Part shown: piece after piece, positions 46,443 through 57,512 of the stretch | Layout: every line of letters starts with the position of its first letter | Numbering within the stretch: position 1 is the first letter of the stretch | Source of the DNA: Bacillota bacterium | Lineage (GTDB): Bacteria; Bacillota; Sulfobacillia; DUMF01 | DNA length: 64,000 bases | NCBI GenBank assembly: GCA_049718765.1 | Contig: JBNARI010000001.1 | Coordinates: forward strand, 5,508-69,507 | Direction: 5' to 3' | Notes under the pieces: model-generated | The model's database searches: none | Seen by the model: the letters and a program-made list of their open reading frames with translations, nothing else | Told to the model about the DNA's origin: nothing | Program-made: the position numbers and the translations under genes

Positions 46443-46773
46443 GGGAATCGAGCCCCTCTCTGATCTTCCTGGCACTATTATCGCGCAGACTCCAGTTTTA
46501 GGGAACACAGCGGCACCTGGGAAGAGTGTGGAAACGCCAGGAGTGCAAGTCCCGTCGTCGCACCCACGGATGGTCGAGCGTTGAGCAGATTAGTGGGCTG
46601 CTGCCCTGTGGGTTTAGGTTGGGGGGCATCGTCTTTCCCACGCTTGTTGCCTGTGGCTGGCCTTGACGGCGAGTGGGATCTCGCTCTAGGGCGATGGTCT
46701 CGGCTTGTCAGGCCAGCTAGGGTACCTTAGGCCACTCCAAGGTGTGCATGGAGACCCTGTCGAAGCTTTCAAG

Positions 46774-46802
46774 TTGTGGAAGTGAGGTGGGGGTGCTAGA
46801 AT
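46774..46802 (+). promoter_or_regulatory. Putative extended -10 promoter of secA
   Basis: TTGTGG (46774-79), 17-nt spacer, TGcTAGAAT (46794-46802). Confidence 0.45.
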
Positions 46803-46811
46803 GCTACTCGG

Positions 46812-49496
46812 GTGATTAGGGGATTGATCGGGCTCATAAAGAAGCTATTCGACCAAAACGAAAGGGAACTCAAGCGGATTTCCGGGATAGTGCAGCGGAT
46901 CAACGCTCTGGAATCCGAGGTGCAGCGCCTTTCCGACGATGAGCTTCGGGCAAAAACCTGCGAGTTCAAGGAACGGGTGTCTCGAGAGGAAAGCCTTGAC
47001 TCCATACTTCCCGAAGCTTACGCAGTGGTCAGGGAGGCTTCGCGGCGCACCCTGGGGATGCGCCACTTCGACGTGCAGCTCATGGGCGGGATCGTGTTGC
47101 ACGAGGGTAACATCGCCGAAATGAAGACGGGCGAGGGCAAGACCCTGGTGGCCACCCTGCCTGCGTACTTGAACGCGTTGGAAGGGCGAGGCGTGCACAT
47201 CGTCACCGTCAACGATTATCTGGCCAAGCGGGACAGCGAATGGATGGGGCAAGTGTACAAGTTCCTAGGGCTGAGCGTTGGCCTGATTGTGCACGGGCTG
47301 GACGTTCCCACAAGGCAAAAGGCCTACGCTGCGGACATCACGTACGGCACAAATAACGAGTTTGGCTTCGATTACCTGCGGGATAACATGGCCTTGCGCA
47401 AGGAAGACATCGTGCAGAGGGAGCTCAACTACGCCATCGTTGACGAGGTGGACAGCATCCTCATTGACGAGGCACGCACTCCCTTGATCATATCTGGCAT
47501 GGCCGAAAAGCCAGTGGAGCTTTATTACAAGTTCGCCAAACTGGCTGGCAGCCTCACCAGGGAAGAGGATTACATGGTGGACGAAAAGGCCCACACCGTG
47601 GAGCCCACCGAGCAAGGGGTGTCCAAAGTCGAGAGGATGCTAGGTGTGGAGAACCTTTTCGACCACGAGAACATGGACCTTTACCGTTACTTGATCAATG
47701 CGCTCAAGGCCAAGGAGCTCATGAAGCGGGACAGGGACTACATCGTCAAGGATGGCGAAGTCATCATAGTGGACGAGTTCACTGGTAGGTTGATGATTGG
47801 CCGCAGGTACTCGGACGGATTGCACCAGGCGATTGAGGCCAAGGAGGGCCTTAGGATCAGGCGGGAAAGCCAGACCCTTGCCACAATTACCTTCCAGAAC
47901 TACTTCAGGATGTACCGAAAGCTTGCGGGCATGACTGGCACTGCGGCCACCGAGGCAAAAGAGTTCAGAGAGATTTACGGCCTGGACGTGATGGTCATCC
48001 CAACCAACAAGCCCATGATCAGGGTGGACTACCCCGACGTGGTGTACAAGACGGAGAGGGCTAAGTTCCGGGCCATCGTTGAGGAGGTATGCCAGTGTTA
48101 TCAACGAGGGCAACCGGTGCTGGTTGGCACGGTGTCCATCGAGAAGTCCGAGATGCTGAGCGACATGCTAAAAAAGCGCGGTGTGCCCCACCAGGTGCTC
48201 AACGCCAAGTACCACGAGAAGGAAGCGGAAATCGTGGCTCAGGCGGGACGGTCAGGCTCTGTGACGATCGCCACCAACATGGCGGGTCGCGGTACCGACA
48301 TCCTGCTTGGGGGCAACCCTGGTTTCCTTGCCAGGCAAAGGTTAAAACAGGACGGCTACCCAGAATGGGTTATAGCCCAGGCGGTGGAGCATGGCCCTGT
48401 GACCGACGAAAAGGTTCGGGAAGCCAGAGAGAAGTACCTAAAGTACTTCGAGGAAGCGCGCAAGATCACCGACGCAGACCACAACAAAGTCGTACAGCTG
48501 GGTGGTTTGCACATTATTGGCACTGAGCGTCACGAAAGCCGGCGGATCGACAACCAGCTCAGGGGACGCTCGGGCAGGCAGGGCGACCCAGGTAGCTCCC
48601 GCTTTTACCTGTCCCTTGAGGATGACTTGATGCGCCTGTTCGGCTCTGACCTCATCGCTGGCCTCATGGACCGTCTTGGCATTAACGAGGACGAACCCAT
48701 CGAGCACCCGCTGCTCACCAGGGCAATCGAGACTGCCCAGAAGAGGGTGGAGGCGCGCAACTTCGAGATCCGCCGCCACGTGCTCGAGTACGATAACGTG
48801 ATGAACAAGCAGCGTGAGGTGATTTACGCAGAGCGGCGTCAGGTGCTAGAGGGCATTGATCTCACGGACAAAGTGCTTAAAATGGTGGAAAGGGTAGTGG
48901 CCGAAGCGCTTGACATTTACGCTTCGGACAATGTGGATCCCGAAGAGTGGGACCTGCGCGGGCTGGTTGAATACCTGCAGGGAATATGCCTCAACTCCCC
49001 TTGCGATCCGAGCAGCCTGGACGGGCTGAGCAGGGAGAAATTGCGGGACAGGCTGCTTGAGCTTGCCACGAATGATTACAGGCAACGCGAAGCCCAACTG
49101 GGTAAGGAGCTAATGCAAGAGCTGCAAAGGCTTGTGCTGCTGCGGGTGGTGGACTCCAAATGGGTGGATCACCTGGATGCAATGGACGATTTGCGCGAGG
49201 GCATAGGCCTGCGCGCCTACGGCCAAGAGAATCCGCTTGTGGAGTACCAGATAGAAACGTACAACATGTTCGAGGAAATGGTGAGGAGCATCCAGCGGGA
49301 GACTGTGCGTTATGTGTTCAAACTCAACGTGGTTAGAAAGCCTGAACCCGTACGCAGACCTGCGGTAGCGCCCCAAGGCAGCGGCTCCGCGAAGGGAGCG
49401 CCAGGTTACGGGGGGAAGAAGAAAATCGGCCCCAACGACCCTTGCCCGTGCGGTAGCGGCAAGAAATACAAGAAATGCTGTGGAAAGCTAGCTTGA
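46812..49496 (+). CDS. secA: Preprotein translocase ATPase SecA
   Basis: MKTGEGKTL and [19 protein letters not shown] motor motifs. C-terminal zinc finger [17 protein letters not shown] 46824 (8 nt after GGTGA) fits the usual N-terminal length better than GTG 46812. Confidence 0.97.
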   Translation: MIRGLIGLIKKLFDQNERELKRISGIVQRINALESEVQRLSDDELRAKTCEFKERVSREESLDSILPEAYAVVREASRRTLGMRHFDVQLMGGIVLHEGNIAEMKTGEGKTLVATLPAYLNALEGRGVHIVTVNDYLAKRDSEWMGQVYKFLGLSVGLIVHGLDVPTRQKAYAADITYGTNNEFGFDYLRDNMALRKEDIVQRELNYAIVDEVDSILIDEARTPLIISGMAEKPVELYYKFAKLAGSLTREEDYMVDEKAHTVEPTEQGVSKVERMLGVENLFDHENMDLYRYLINALKAKELMKRDRDYIVKDGEVIIVDEFTGRLMIGRRYSDGLHQAIEAKEGLRIRRESQTLATITFQNYFRMYRKLAGMTGTAATEAKEFREIYGLDVMVIPTNKPMIRVDYPDVVYKTERAKFRAIVEEVCQCYQRGQPVLVGTVSIEKSEMLSDMLKKRGVPHQVLNAKYHEKEAEIVAQAGRSGSVTIATNMAGRGTDILLGGNPGFLARQRLKQDGYPEWVIAQAVEHGPVTDEKVREAREKYLKYFEEARKITDADHNKVVQLGGLHIIGTERHESRRIDNQLRGRSGRQGDPGSSRFYLSLEDDLMRLFGSDLIAGLMDRLGINEDEPIEHPLLTRAIETAQKRVEARNFEIRRHVLEYDNVMNKQREVIYAERRQVLEGIDLTDKVLKMVERVVAEALDIYASDNVDPEEWDLRGLVEYLQGICLNSPCDPSSLDGLSREKLRDRLLELATNDYRQREAQLGKELMQELQRLVLLRVVDSKWVDHLDAMDDLREGIGLRAYGQENPLVEYQIETYNMFEEMVRSIQRETVRYVFKLNVVRKPEPVRRPAVAPQGSGSAKGAPGYGGKKKIGPNDPCPCGSGKKYKKCCGKLA

Positions 49497-49511
49497 GGAG
49501 GTTTGCTTAAG

Positions 49512-50631
49512 TTGTACGAGGAGATAATCAGGGAAACTGAAGCGTTGGCAGAGAAACTAAACCAAATAAGGAGGTCTCTTTGACTGGGAAGGGAAGAAGG
49601 TCAGGCTTGCTGAGCTTGACCACAAGCTCTCATCCCAGGACTTTTGGGCAGATCAAGAGGCAGCCCAAAAGGTGCTAAAGGAAGTGTCCCAGCTCAAGCG
49701 GGACATAGAAAAGTACGAGGCGTTGGATAAGAGGCTCATGGACTTGAGGGACCTGGCGGAGCTTGCCGAAGCAGAGGGCGACGGCAGCGTGTCGGATGAG
49801 CTGAGCAGTGAAATCGCTGCGCTTCGCCAGGACGTGGAAAAGGCAGAGCTTGAGCTTTTACTCAACGGCCCATATGATTCCCGCAACGCCATAATGAGTC
49901 TCCACGCCGGCGCGGGGGGCACCGAGGCCCAGGACTGGGTGCAAATGCTGCTGAGGATGTACACGCGCTGGGCCGAGGGGCGGGGCTACGACGTGGAGGT
50001 ACTGGACCTGCTAGAGGGAGAAGAAGCGGGGATAAAGAGCGTCACTATCCTGATAAAAGGCCCAAACGCCTACGGCTACTCCAAAGCGGAAAAGGGAGTT
50101 CACAGGCTGGTGAGGATATCCCCCTTCGACGCTTCCGCCCGCAGACACACTTCCTTTGCGTCGGTTGACGTGATTCCCGAAATCGAGGACGAGGAAGAAA
50201 TCGAGATCAAGCCAGAGGAGCTGGAAATCGAGACCTTCCGTTCTGGGGGGAAGGGCGGCCAAAACGTCAACAAGGTGGAGACCGCAGTGAGGATTAGACA
50301 TATCCCAACCGGCATCGTAGTGGCCTGCCAAACCGAGAGGTCCCAATACGCTAACAAACTGAGGGCGATGAAGCTGCTCAAGTCGCGCCTGCTGGCCTTG
50401 AAGGAAGAGGAGCGGGAAAAAGAAATTGCCAAGCTCAGGGGCCAACATGGGGAGATCGCCTGGGGCAACCAGATCCGCTCCTACGTGTTCCAACCGTACA
50501 CCCTTGTGAAGGACCACCGAACTGGTTATGAGAAAGGAAACGTCCAGGCGGTCATGGATGGAGAAATCGACGACTTCATTTACGCTTACCTGCTTCAGAA
50601 GGCCACTGCCCAAGGAGGAGGGCAGGGCTAA
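49512..50631 (+). CDS. prfB: Peptide chain release factor 2, expressed through a programmed +1 frameshift
   Basis: Frame 0 runs 49512-49580 and ends at an in-frame TGA (49581-83). The +1 frame continues from GAC 49582 into ORF 49672..50631. SPF and GGQ motifs are present. Confidence 0.95.
49569..49584 (+). promoter_or_regulatory. RF2 +1 frameshift site
   Basis: AGGAGG-TCT-CTT-TGA-C: an SD-like element 3 nt before the slippery CTT TGA C, the canonical prfB autoregulatory site. Confidence 0.9.
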
Positions 50632-51722
50632 CGCCTGTACAGGAGATCCAATGCAAGCTCTACGTTCTTGCGGGCAAGGGGCACAAGCCGCCCCTTGGCC
50701 CGCTGCAGCTGGCCGCGAATGGTTGAGGACCTGTCCAGCAGCTCTTCCACTGCGGACACCACGTCCCGCGCGTTGAGGTCCCAAAGGGAGCCTGCGCAAG
50801 GACAGCCAAGTTCCCTCAAGAAGCTCTCGACTTTCGGATCGTACACGATTCCTGCAGTTGGCACCAGTGCTGTCACACCCAGCACCAGCGAGTGAAGTCT
50901 GGTGCCTAGCACCGCGTTGCACTTGGCCAGCATATACAGCACCTGCCCAGGAGAGTACTGCCTTTGGAGTACAAACCCTGGCCGCTTCATGAGCGCCAGC
51001 ACCTGCCTTGAGGGTTCCAGGTCCATTGTGCGGTGCATGGGAACCATAACTACCTGGGCTTTCCTGGTCTCCACGACGCTGTCCAGAGCACGGGCCAGCT
51101 CCCTGAACCCCACCGCCGCGTTCCGGAAAAGTCTCACGGACACCACTATCCTTGGGCCTTGGGCTGGCGGTATCCCCTCAGCCTGGAATGGGTCAGGCTG
51201 GCCTTCCACGGGCTCGGGTTCAAGGAGGAAGGCGGGGTCTGCAGTGACGATGGGCTGCCGGTCCACTCCCAGTTCTTTCAGGGTTTGGGCAGAATCGGGG
51301 TCGCGCAGGGTAATCAGGTCTGCTCCGTTCAGGGCAGTCCTGGACAACGCCCTGCCTAGGGGCGTGGTGATGGGACCAATTCCATTGGCAAACACCATTG
51401 CCTTGCCTGTGAGTTTCTTGCCAATCCACAGCAGCCCAGCGTAGTACATAAGGGAGCGCAGGCTCGTCATGTCCTGAAGCAGGCTGCCGCCTCCCAGGAG
51501 GAACATTTGGGCAGCCCTTAGCTCCTTGATCACCTGGCGGGGATCTATGCGCAGCGCAGACCGCACCCTGTAGGCCCCGGAAGTCCACGCCGGGTCCCTG
51601 GAAAGCACCGTGAACTCAACTTCGGGAGCCAGGCGCCTGAACTCGCAAAGGGTCGCCTGGAGGATTGCTTCGTCTCCCAGGTTCCCGAAGCCGTGGTAGC
51701 CTGCAATCACTACCCTTGGCAA
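50628..51722 (-). CDS. csaB: Polysaccharide pyruvyl transferase CsaB
   Basis: [22 protein letters not shown]-terminus is typical of CsaB. 364 aa. Context includes SLH proteins and tagA/tagO/mnaA. Confidence 0.85.
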   Translation of the reverse strand: MPRVVIAGYHGFGNLGDEAILQATLCEFRRLAPEVEFTVLSRDPAWTSGAYRVRSALRIDPRQVIKELRAAQMFLLGGGSLLQDMTSLRSLMYYAGLLWIGKKLTGKAMVFANGIGPITTPLGRALSRTALNGADLITLRDPDSAQTLKELGVDRQPIVTADPAFLLEPEPVEGQPDPFQAEGIPPAQGPRIVVSVRLFRNAAVGFRELARALDSVVETRKAQVVMVPMHRTMDLEPSRQVLALMKRPGFVLQRQYSPGQVLYMLAKCNAVLGTRLHSLVLGVTALVPTAGIVYDPKVESFLRELGCPCAGSLWDLNARDVVSAVEELLDRSSTIRGQLQRAKGRLVPLARKNVELALDLLYRR

Positions 51723-52810
51723 TCGCTGCGCCTCCCTTCGCCCATCACCTTGAGGTAGAATTCCACGGTGCGCTGGGCCATGTGAGCTGCGTTGAAGTGC
51801 TCCAACGCGAACTGCCGAGCTCGAGCACCCATTTCCAAGGACTCCTGCCTGTGCTCCAGGACCTTCACCATTGCCTGAGCCAACCCGTCAGGGTCGTTGG
51901 GCTCAACCAAAATGCCAATGCTGGGATCCCTGATCACTTCGGGAATTCCTCCCCCCCTTGAGGCCACAACTGGCAAGCCGCACATCATTGCCTCAACCAG
52001 GGCAATGCCCAGTCCTTCCTCCAACGAGGGAAGCACGAACAGATCCAGCTTCCTGAGGAAGCTTGGAACATCCTCAACGTATCCCCTGAAGCTGACCCAT
52101 CCCTCCAGACCAAGCTGGCGGACCAGTGCCATCAGGTTTTGCCTTTCTGGTCCTTCCCCTGCAATCAGGAAGCGGCAATCGGGGAAGCGCTCCACCACCG
52201 TCTTTGCGGCTCGAACAAGCACCGAGTGACCTTTTTGGGGCACAAGCCTGCCAACTGTGCCAATCACGGCTCCCGGCGCACCAGCAGCCATACCGTTGCA
52301 GCCTTTGTCCTGGGAGAACTGGTTTGGGTCCACGCCGTTGTAGATCACCTGGATCTTGTGTGCTGGGTAGCCCTGATCCTGAAGCACCTGGGCCACGTGC
52401 TGGGAAACTGCTATGGCCCCCCTTGAAAGCAGTCCCTGGAGCACTCCAAGAACCCTTGCTCGGGAGCGATCTGGGGTGTGTTTGGTGAACACCACAGGCA
52501 CCCTGCACAGCCAGGCAGCAATCCTAGCGCTCAGGCTGGCGTGGGTGTGCACCAAGTGAGGGCGTACCTTTTCAATGACGCCCACCATGGCGGCCACTGC
52601 TCGTGGGGAAAAGGACTTGTCCCTGCCCGGCAGTGGTAACCATTGTACTCCCAAATCCCTGAGTCTGGCCGCAAGAGGCCCCTCTGGACAGCACACCACC
52701 GATTCCACCTGGCAGCTGTACTCGGGTTGGGCCACCAGCGTGAGCAGGTACTTGCCTGCTCCCGCTATTTGGTAGTCTGGTATGGCGTGGAGCACCTTCA
52801 ATCGCTTCAC
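51710..52810 (-). CDS. Glycosyltransferase family 4 (GT-B fold)
   Basis: 366 aa. EGLGIALVEAMMCGLPVVASRGGGIPEV is the retaining GT4 signature. Confidence 0.85.
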   Translation of the reverse strand: MKRLKVLHAIPDYQIAGAGKYLLTLVAQPEYSCQVESVVCCPEGPLAARLRDLGVQWLPLPGRDKSFSPRAVAAMVGVIEKVRPHLVHTHASLSARIAAWLCRVPVVFTKHTPDRSRARVLGVLQGLLSRGAIAVSQHVAQVLQDQGYPAHKIQVIYNGVDPNQFSQDKGCNGMAAGAPGAVIGTVGRLVPQKGHSVLVRAAKTVVERFPDCRFLIAGEGPERQNLMALVRQLGLEGWVSFRGYVEDVPSFLRKLDLFVLPSLEEGLGIALVEAMMCGLPVVASRGGGIPEVIRDPSIGILVEPNDPDGLAQAMVKVLEHRQESLEMGARARQFALEHFNAAHMAQRTVEFYLKVMGEGRRSDCQG

Positions 52811-54030
52811 AGGCGCTCACCTTCCTGGCGTACACACCTGCCGGTGAGCAGGCCCGCAACGCACCAGAAGAAAAGCATGTTGCGGGGCGTGTACCAAATG
52901 TGGTCAAACAGCCCATGGACCAACTGCCCCCCCAAGCCCAGTGCCAGCGCAAGGGAAACAGGGCCTTTATGGCGCAGCACCCTTGAGAGCAGGCTTCCGC
53001 AGTACCAACAGAACAATGCCAGCCCTGCCAGCCCTGTCTCTGCCAGGAGCTGCATGAAAAGGTTATGGGTGTGCATGGCAGGGGTGCCGGCAATCTCGTA
53101 GCCTATGTAGGCGCGGGCAAAGGCGGGTGCACCTAACCCTACTCCAGTTGGCCAAAAGTCTCGAATCAAGCGCCAGCCAGCCTTCCAGATGGTGAGACGG
53201 TAGCGCGTGGAGCTGTCTCCACCCGTGAAAATGCTGAGAGCCCTCACCGTCACAGACCTGGGGGCCAACAGGAAACCCGCTGCGCCCAGCGCGAGTAAAG
53301 GCCCCAGGGAGCGGGGCAAAAGGAGCACTACCATGGCTGTGAGCTCAAGCGCTGTGGCCAGCCAGCCCCCTCTGGAGAAGGTGAAGGTGAGCGCCGCAAG
53401 TTGCAGGGCCAGGGAAGCGCCGCCCCAAAGCTTGCGAACCCCGCCCGACCCCCACAGGAGCGCTAGGGTGAGGGGGATTGTGAGCGCCAGGTAATCGGCC
53501 AGCATGGTGGGGTTGTCGAAAGTAGCGTAGGCCCTGGTCGGGATTAGTTCCGCCATTTGCGCGTCAATCCAGGAGGTGGGAGTCGCCACCTTCGCCACGA
53601 ACTGGTATATCGCAAGCAAACTCACGGGAATTGCCGCAAGGGGCACTGCCCAGAGCGCCTCACGCAATTGATCCTCAGAAGCCATGGCGGCTTGTCTGCC
53701 TGCAAGGTAAACGCAGGCGCACGCTACCCAAATTGCGGCTGAAACTGCACTGTCCTTGGGGGAGACTGAAGCGATGAACGGCACCAAGAGCCACAGGCCA
53801 AACAGCAACAACACCCGTTCAGGGAAAACCGCCTTGGGCAGCGCCCAAGACGTGTGGGCCTGCCTAAATCCGAACCAAGTGAGGACCAGGACGCCAGCAA
53901 AAAGCAAAAGCAGTGTAGCGCCGGTTGGCAGGAGTGGCAGGCACAACAGGACCAGTGCCACGAGAAAGCTGCAATAGTTTGGATCCCAAAGGTGTTTGCC
54001 ATTGGTTTGTGCTAGGACTTCCCAAGTCAT
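52807..54030 (-). CDS. O-antigen ligase/polymerase-like (Wzy_C) membrane protein
   Basis: 407 aa with about 10-12 TM segments and a large loop carrying the TFSRGGW motif. Confidence 0.8.
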   Translation of the reverse strand: MTWEVLAQTNGKHLWDPNYCSFLVALVLLCLPLLPTGATLLLLFAGVLVLTWFGFRQAHTSWALPKAVFPERVLLLFGLWLLVPFIASVSPKDSAVSAAIWVACACVYLAGRQAAMASEDQLREALWAVPLAAIPVSLLAIYQFVAKVATPTSWIDAQMAELIPTRAYATFDNPTMLADYLALTIPLTLALLWGSGGVRKLWGGASLALQLAALTFTFSRGGWLATALELTAMVVLLLPRSLGPLLALGAAGFLLAPRSVTVRALSIFTGGDSSTRYRLTIWKAGWRLIRDFWPTGVGLGAPAFARAYIGYEIAGTPAMHTHNLFMQLLAETGLAGLALFCWYCGSLLSRVLRHKGPVSLALALGLGGQLVHGLFDHIWYTPRNMLFFWCVAGLLTGRCVRQEGERL

Positions 54031-54038
54031 GGCTCAAG

Positions 54039-54620
54039 CTACCTCGCCTTGGGCTCAAGCGCTATTTCCACTACGGTGCTCTGGAAGGCAAAGATGTTGC
54101 TCTTCAGTCCCACCTGCGTGCCAATGCGCAGCTCAACGCCGCCCAGGGTGATCAGGTTCTCTGACACCACGCCCGTACCCCGAACAGTGAGGTACATGTC
54201 CTTGCGCCGGGTGGATGTGGTCTCGTAGAGCCGACCGTCGGGCAGCACCGATACGATGTCAGCTGGTTCCACCCTCTTTTCCACAATGACCCCAAGGTAG
54301 TTGTTGGTCCTGGAGTCCCAAACCTTGTCCCCAACCTTTGCGGCGTTGACGCTTGCATCACGCACGGCTGTCACAAGGAACGTGACCTCAATTTGCCTTT
54401 GCTCTCCAGGCGCTTTCCCTATCGATTTTGCCCCAAACCTCAATGCAGCCACCACTACTGCCACTGCAATGACGGCAAGGGCCAAAAAGTCCATGGGTTT
54501 GAGCTTCCACTTCACTTCACGTGTCGCCTGGTTCAAGCGCTTGGCAGCCAAGCTGGGCCCCCACACCAGGCGATTGCCTCCTTTCCAGGCTCTTGATTTG
54601 CCCTTTGAAGGGCAGGGCAC
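54039..54620 (-). CDS. DUF4330-like membrane-anchored protein
   Basis: Single TM anchor plus a beta-rich domain. Commonly adjacent to csaB-type clusters as I recall. Start uncertain. Confidence 0.55.
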   Translation of the reverse strand: MPCPSKGKSRAWKGGNRLVWGPSLAAKRLNQATREVKWKLKPMDFLALAVIAVAVVVAALRFGAKSIGKAPGEQRQIEVTFLVTAVRDASVNAAKVGDKVWDSRTNNYLGVIVEKRVEPADIVSVLPDGRLYETTSTRRKDMYLTVRGTGVVSENLITLGGVELRIGTQVGLKSNIFAFQSTVVEIALEPKAR

Positions 54621-54694
54621 AGGGGACCTTGGTCCTAGACCGCTAACCCGAGCAAAGCAGTGCTGGCGCAGAGCAAAAGCGTGGCGTCACAGGG

Positions 54695-55843
54695 CTACCC
54701 TGAAGGGTGCCCCCTGCGTGTCGGCGCCTCAAGCACCTGGGAATACACTTGGACAACTTGGTCTGCTGTCTTTTCCGAAGTGAGGTGCTCCCGAATGAAC
54801 AGTAGGCCGTGTTTTCCAAGCTCCTCTAATCTAGAGGGTTCGGCAATTTCCAAGATGGCGTGAGCCAGCTTTTCTGGAGTAATACTGGTGCCCCAGCCTC
54901 TGGCGGTGAAATTGTAAAGCTCAGCTTCGCTCATCTTGTCTTGGGTGAGCACCCCGCCAAAGCCGCCTTCACCGGCAATCACCACGGGTTTGCCGCAAGC
55001 CATTGCCTCCATTGCTGCCCTGGCCACCCCAACGAACACGTCTGCAAGCTGCAGGATGGTTGGGGTGTCGGTGCGCCCGCCCAGGATCAGCGCTGCCTTG
55101 TATCCCATTTGGGCGTTGCAGCGGTCGGCTGCCTGCCTCACTGCCAGTAGCCCGTCACCGTCGCCAACTATGATGAGCTGAACAGCCCTTCCAAGACTCG
55201 AGCGCAATAGGTGCAAGGCCTCAATCAGGTTGAGCGCCACTTCTGCCATTTGTGCCTGCAGCCTGCTCACGTGCACTATCACTAGGCTGCCTGGGTCCAC
55301 ACCCAGCTCTTTGGCAAACTGGAGAGGACGGGGAGCGGGCTTGAACTGTTCCGTGTCTATGCCGTTGGGGATTATAATTACGGAAGCAGGGTCGAACCCG
55401 AACCTGCCAATGAGGTGTCGCTTTACGTCCTGACTCACGGCAATGGTGAGGCGCCCAGGTGTTGTGACCAGGTTCCACGGGAAGCCCGAGGCGTACACCC
55501 CGTGATAGGTGACCACTAGGGGAATGCCCGTGCGACGGGACACCCTGGCGCACACCCAAGCCGGGATTCGGGCGTGGGCGTGCATGAGCTGCACCTTGTG
55601 AGCTGAACACAACTCCCGGATTTCCCTGACGGAGTTGAATATGTGAAGGGGGTTTCTGGAATTAAGCTTTACCCTGAAATGTGGTATTCCAGCTTGGCCA
55701 AGTCTTGGAACCAGCCGGCCTCCGTCGGAAGCCACCACCACCCGGTGACCACGGCGGGCCAGTTCTGTAGCAAGGGTTATGACGTGGGTCTCGGCGCCCC
55801 CGAGGTCCAGGGACATTGCAGTAAGGAGCACGTTGTATGGCAA
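54695..55843 (-). CDS. Glycosyltransferase family 4 (GT-B fold)
   Basis: 382 aa. LGGAETHVITLATELARRGH N-terminus. Sequence AMEAMACGKPVVIAGEGG sits where the EX7E-type motif is expected. Confidence 0.85.
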   Translation of the reverse strand: MPYNVLLTAMSLDLGGAETHVITLATELARRGHRVVVASDGGRLVPRLGQAGIPHFRVKLNSRNPLHIFNSVREIRELCSAHKVQLMHAHARIPAWVCARVSRRTGIPLVVTYHGVYASGFPWNLVTTPGRLTIAVSQDVKRHLIGRFGFDPASVIIIPNGIDTEQFKPAPRPLQFAKELGVDPGSLVIVHVSRLQAQMAEVALNLIEALHLLRSSLGRAVQLIIVGDGDGLLAVRQAADRCNAQMGYKAALILGGRTDTPTILQLADVFVGVARAAMEAMACGKPVVIAGEGGFGGVLTQDKMSEAELYNFTARGWGTSITPEKLAHAILEIAEPSRLEELGKHGLLFIREHLTSEKTADQVVQVYSQVLEAPTRRGHPSG

Positions 55844-55894
55844 TGGCCACTACCACCCTCAGCCTAAGTCTATCCCAGTATAGCACCTGTTTGA

Positions 55895-56689
55895 ATGCGG
55901 GGGCAACCGCCGGAGGTGAGCTGGGTGGACACGGTTGAAGTGCTCGGAGTTGAATTCGCGAAAGTGAGCCTGAGGGAAGCAATTAATCTGGCCACCCGGA
56001 TGGCCCTTTCCCAGAGGCCCCACGTGGTTGTGACTGCTAACCCTGAGTTCGTACATCATTATCAGAGGTCAGAGGAACTGAGGCGGCTTATGGCCCGTGC
56101 TGCCATGGTGGTGGCGGATGGAGCTGGAGTGGTTTGGGCTTCTCGGTTGCTGGGGCGGCCTTTGCCAGAAAGGGTGCCTGGCGTTGAACTGGTTGAGGGA
56201 GTTCTGGGCACTGGAAGGGTGTGCAGGGTATACTTGTTGGGAGCGAAACCAGGCGTAGCCCAGGAGGCAGGGCTAAAGCTGAAAGCCAGGTACCCACACC
56301 TGGAGGTGGTGGGTACTCACCACGGCTACTTCCGGCCCGAAGAGGAGGAGCAGGTGATCAAGTCCATAGCTGGATCGGGTGCTCAACTCTTGCTGGCGGG
56401 ACTGGGCGCGCCCAAACAGGAAATATGGCTGCTCCGCCACGGAAATGCGCTGGGAGTGCCCCTCATGATAGGCGTTGGGGGCGCGCTGGACGTGTTTGCG
56501 GGGCGCGTGAACCGGGCGCCGCTGGTGTTCAGGCGGGCGCAGCTCGAGTGGCTGTGGAGGATCACCACCGAGCCCAGGCGACTGCGGCGTGTGCCCGGGC
56601 TTGTGTGGTTTTTGCTAGCAGTGCTAGGGCAATGGTGGAAGCTTCGAGGACCAGTTGGCAAAACAGGAGTTGATGGCAGTGGAACTTGA
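55895..56689 (+). CDS. tagA: WecB/TagA/CpsF family glycosyltransferase (N-acetylmannosaminyltransferase-like)
   Basis: 264 aa. VVTANPEF.., VADGAGVVWASR, GAPKQEIW motifs. Confidence 0.88.
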   Translation: MRGQPPEVSWVDTVEVLGVEFAKVSLREAINLATRMALSQRPHVVVTANPEFVHHYQRSEELRRLMARAAMVVADGAGVVWASRLLGRPLPERVPGVELVEGVLGTGRVCRVYLLGAKPGVAQEAGLKLKARYPHLEVVGTHHGYFRPEEEEQVIKSIAGSGAQLLLAGLGAPKQEIWLLRHGNALGVPLMIGVGGALDVFAGRVNRAPLVFRRAQLEWLWRITTEPRRLRRVPGLVWFLLAVLGQWWKLRGPVGKTGVDGSGT

Positions 56690-57512
56690 TTTCGAGCTTA
56701 TGCGCTCAAAGGCCAGAGCCATCAGGAGACACGTTATCCTCATGACTGGCGCGGCAGGGTCAGGCCATCCGGGAGGGTCGCTCTCATGCGCAGACATACT
56801 GTCTGCGCTTTACTTCGGCCTCATGAGGATTGACCCCAAGGCGCCCGATTGGCCAGACAGGGACAGGTTCATCTTGTCCAAGGGGCACGCGGCGCCTGCG
56901 CTTTACGCTGCCCTGGCTGAGCGGGGATTCTTCCCCCTGGAGTGGCTGGGCACCTTGAGGAGGTTGGGTTCCCCGTTGCAGGGCCACCCTGACATGAGGA
57001 AGACTTCAGGCGTGGAAGCTTCCACGGGCAGCCTGGGTCAGGGCCTTTCCTTTGCGTGTGGGGTTGCCCTTGCTGCAAGGCTTGACGGTTCAGACAGGGT
57101 CACCTATGTGCTCCTTGGGGACGGCGAGTGCGAGGAAGGGCAGGTATGGGAAGCTGCCATGGCTGCCAGCCATTACAGGCTGCACAGGCTTGTGGCGTTC
57201 GTGGACCATAACGGCCTACAGATAGACGGGCCCATCACCCAGGTGTGTTCCCCAGAGCCCCTGGTGGAGAAGTGGCGTGCCTTTGGGTGGGACGTGCAGC
57301 AAATAGACGGCCACGACGTAACTCAAATCTGTGCTGCGGCCAAGAGGGCCCTGGAGTGCCCAGAAGCCAAGCCCCACTGCATAATTGCGGAGACGGTGAA
57401 GGGCAAGGGGGTGTCCTTCATGGAAGGGCAGGCAGACTGGCACGGGAAAGCCCCAAACACAGAGCAAGTTGCGCTTGCGCTGAAGGAGCTGGCTGACGAT
57501 GGACAGGACTGA
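56655..57512 (+). CDS. Transketolase, N-terminal (TPP-binding) subunit
   Basis: GHPGGSLS, LSKGHAAPALYA, GDGECEEGQVWEA. Start is TTG 56655 or ATG 56673. Overlaps the tagA 3' end. Confidence 0.93.
   Translation: MAKQELMAVELDFELMRSKARAIRRHVILMTGAAGSGHPGGSLSCADILSALYFGLMRIDPKAPDWPDRDRFILSKGHAAPALYAALAERGFFPLEWLGTLRRLGSPLQGHPDMRKTSGVEASTGSLGQGLSFACGVALAARLDGSDRVTYVLLGDGECEEGQVWEAAMAASHYRLHRLVAFVDHNGLQIDGPITQVCSPEPLVEKWRAFGWDVQQIDGHDVTQICAAAKRALECPEAKPHCIIAETVKGKGVSFMEGQADWHGKAPNTEQVALALKELADDGQD

Noticed and set aside
46797-46826. secA appeared to be leaderless, with the -10 TAGAAT ending about 9 nt before GTG 46812.
   Set aside because: TTG 46824, preceded by GGTGA at 8 nt, gives an N-terminus ([10 protein letters not shown]) of the same length as B. 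subtilis SecA. A short leader is more likely than a GTG-initiated leaderless mRNA.
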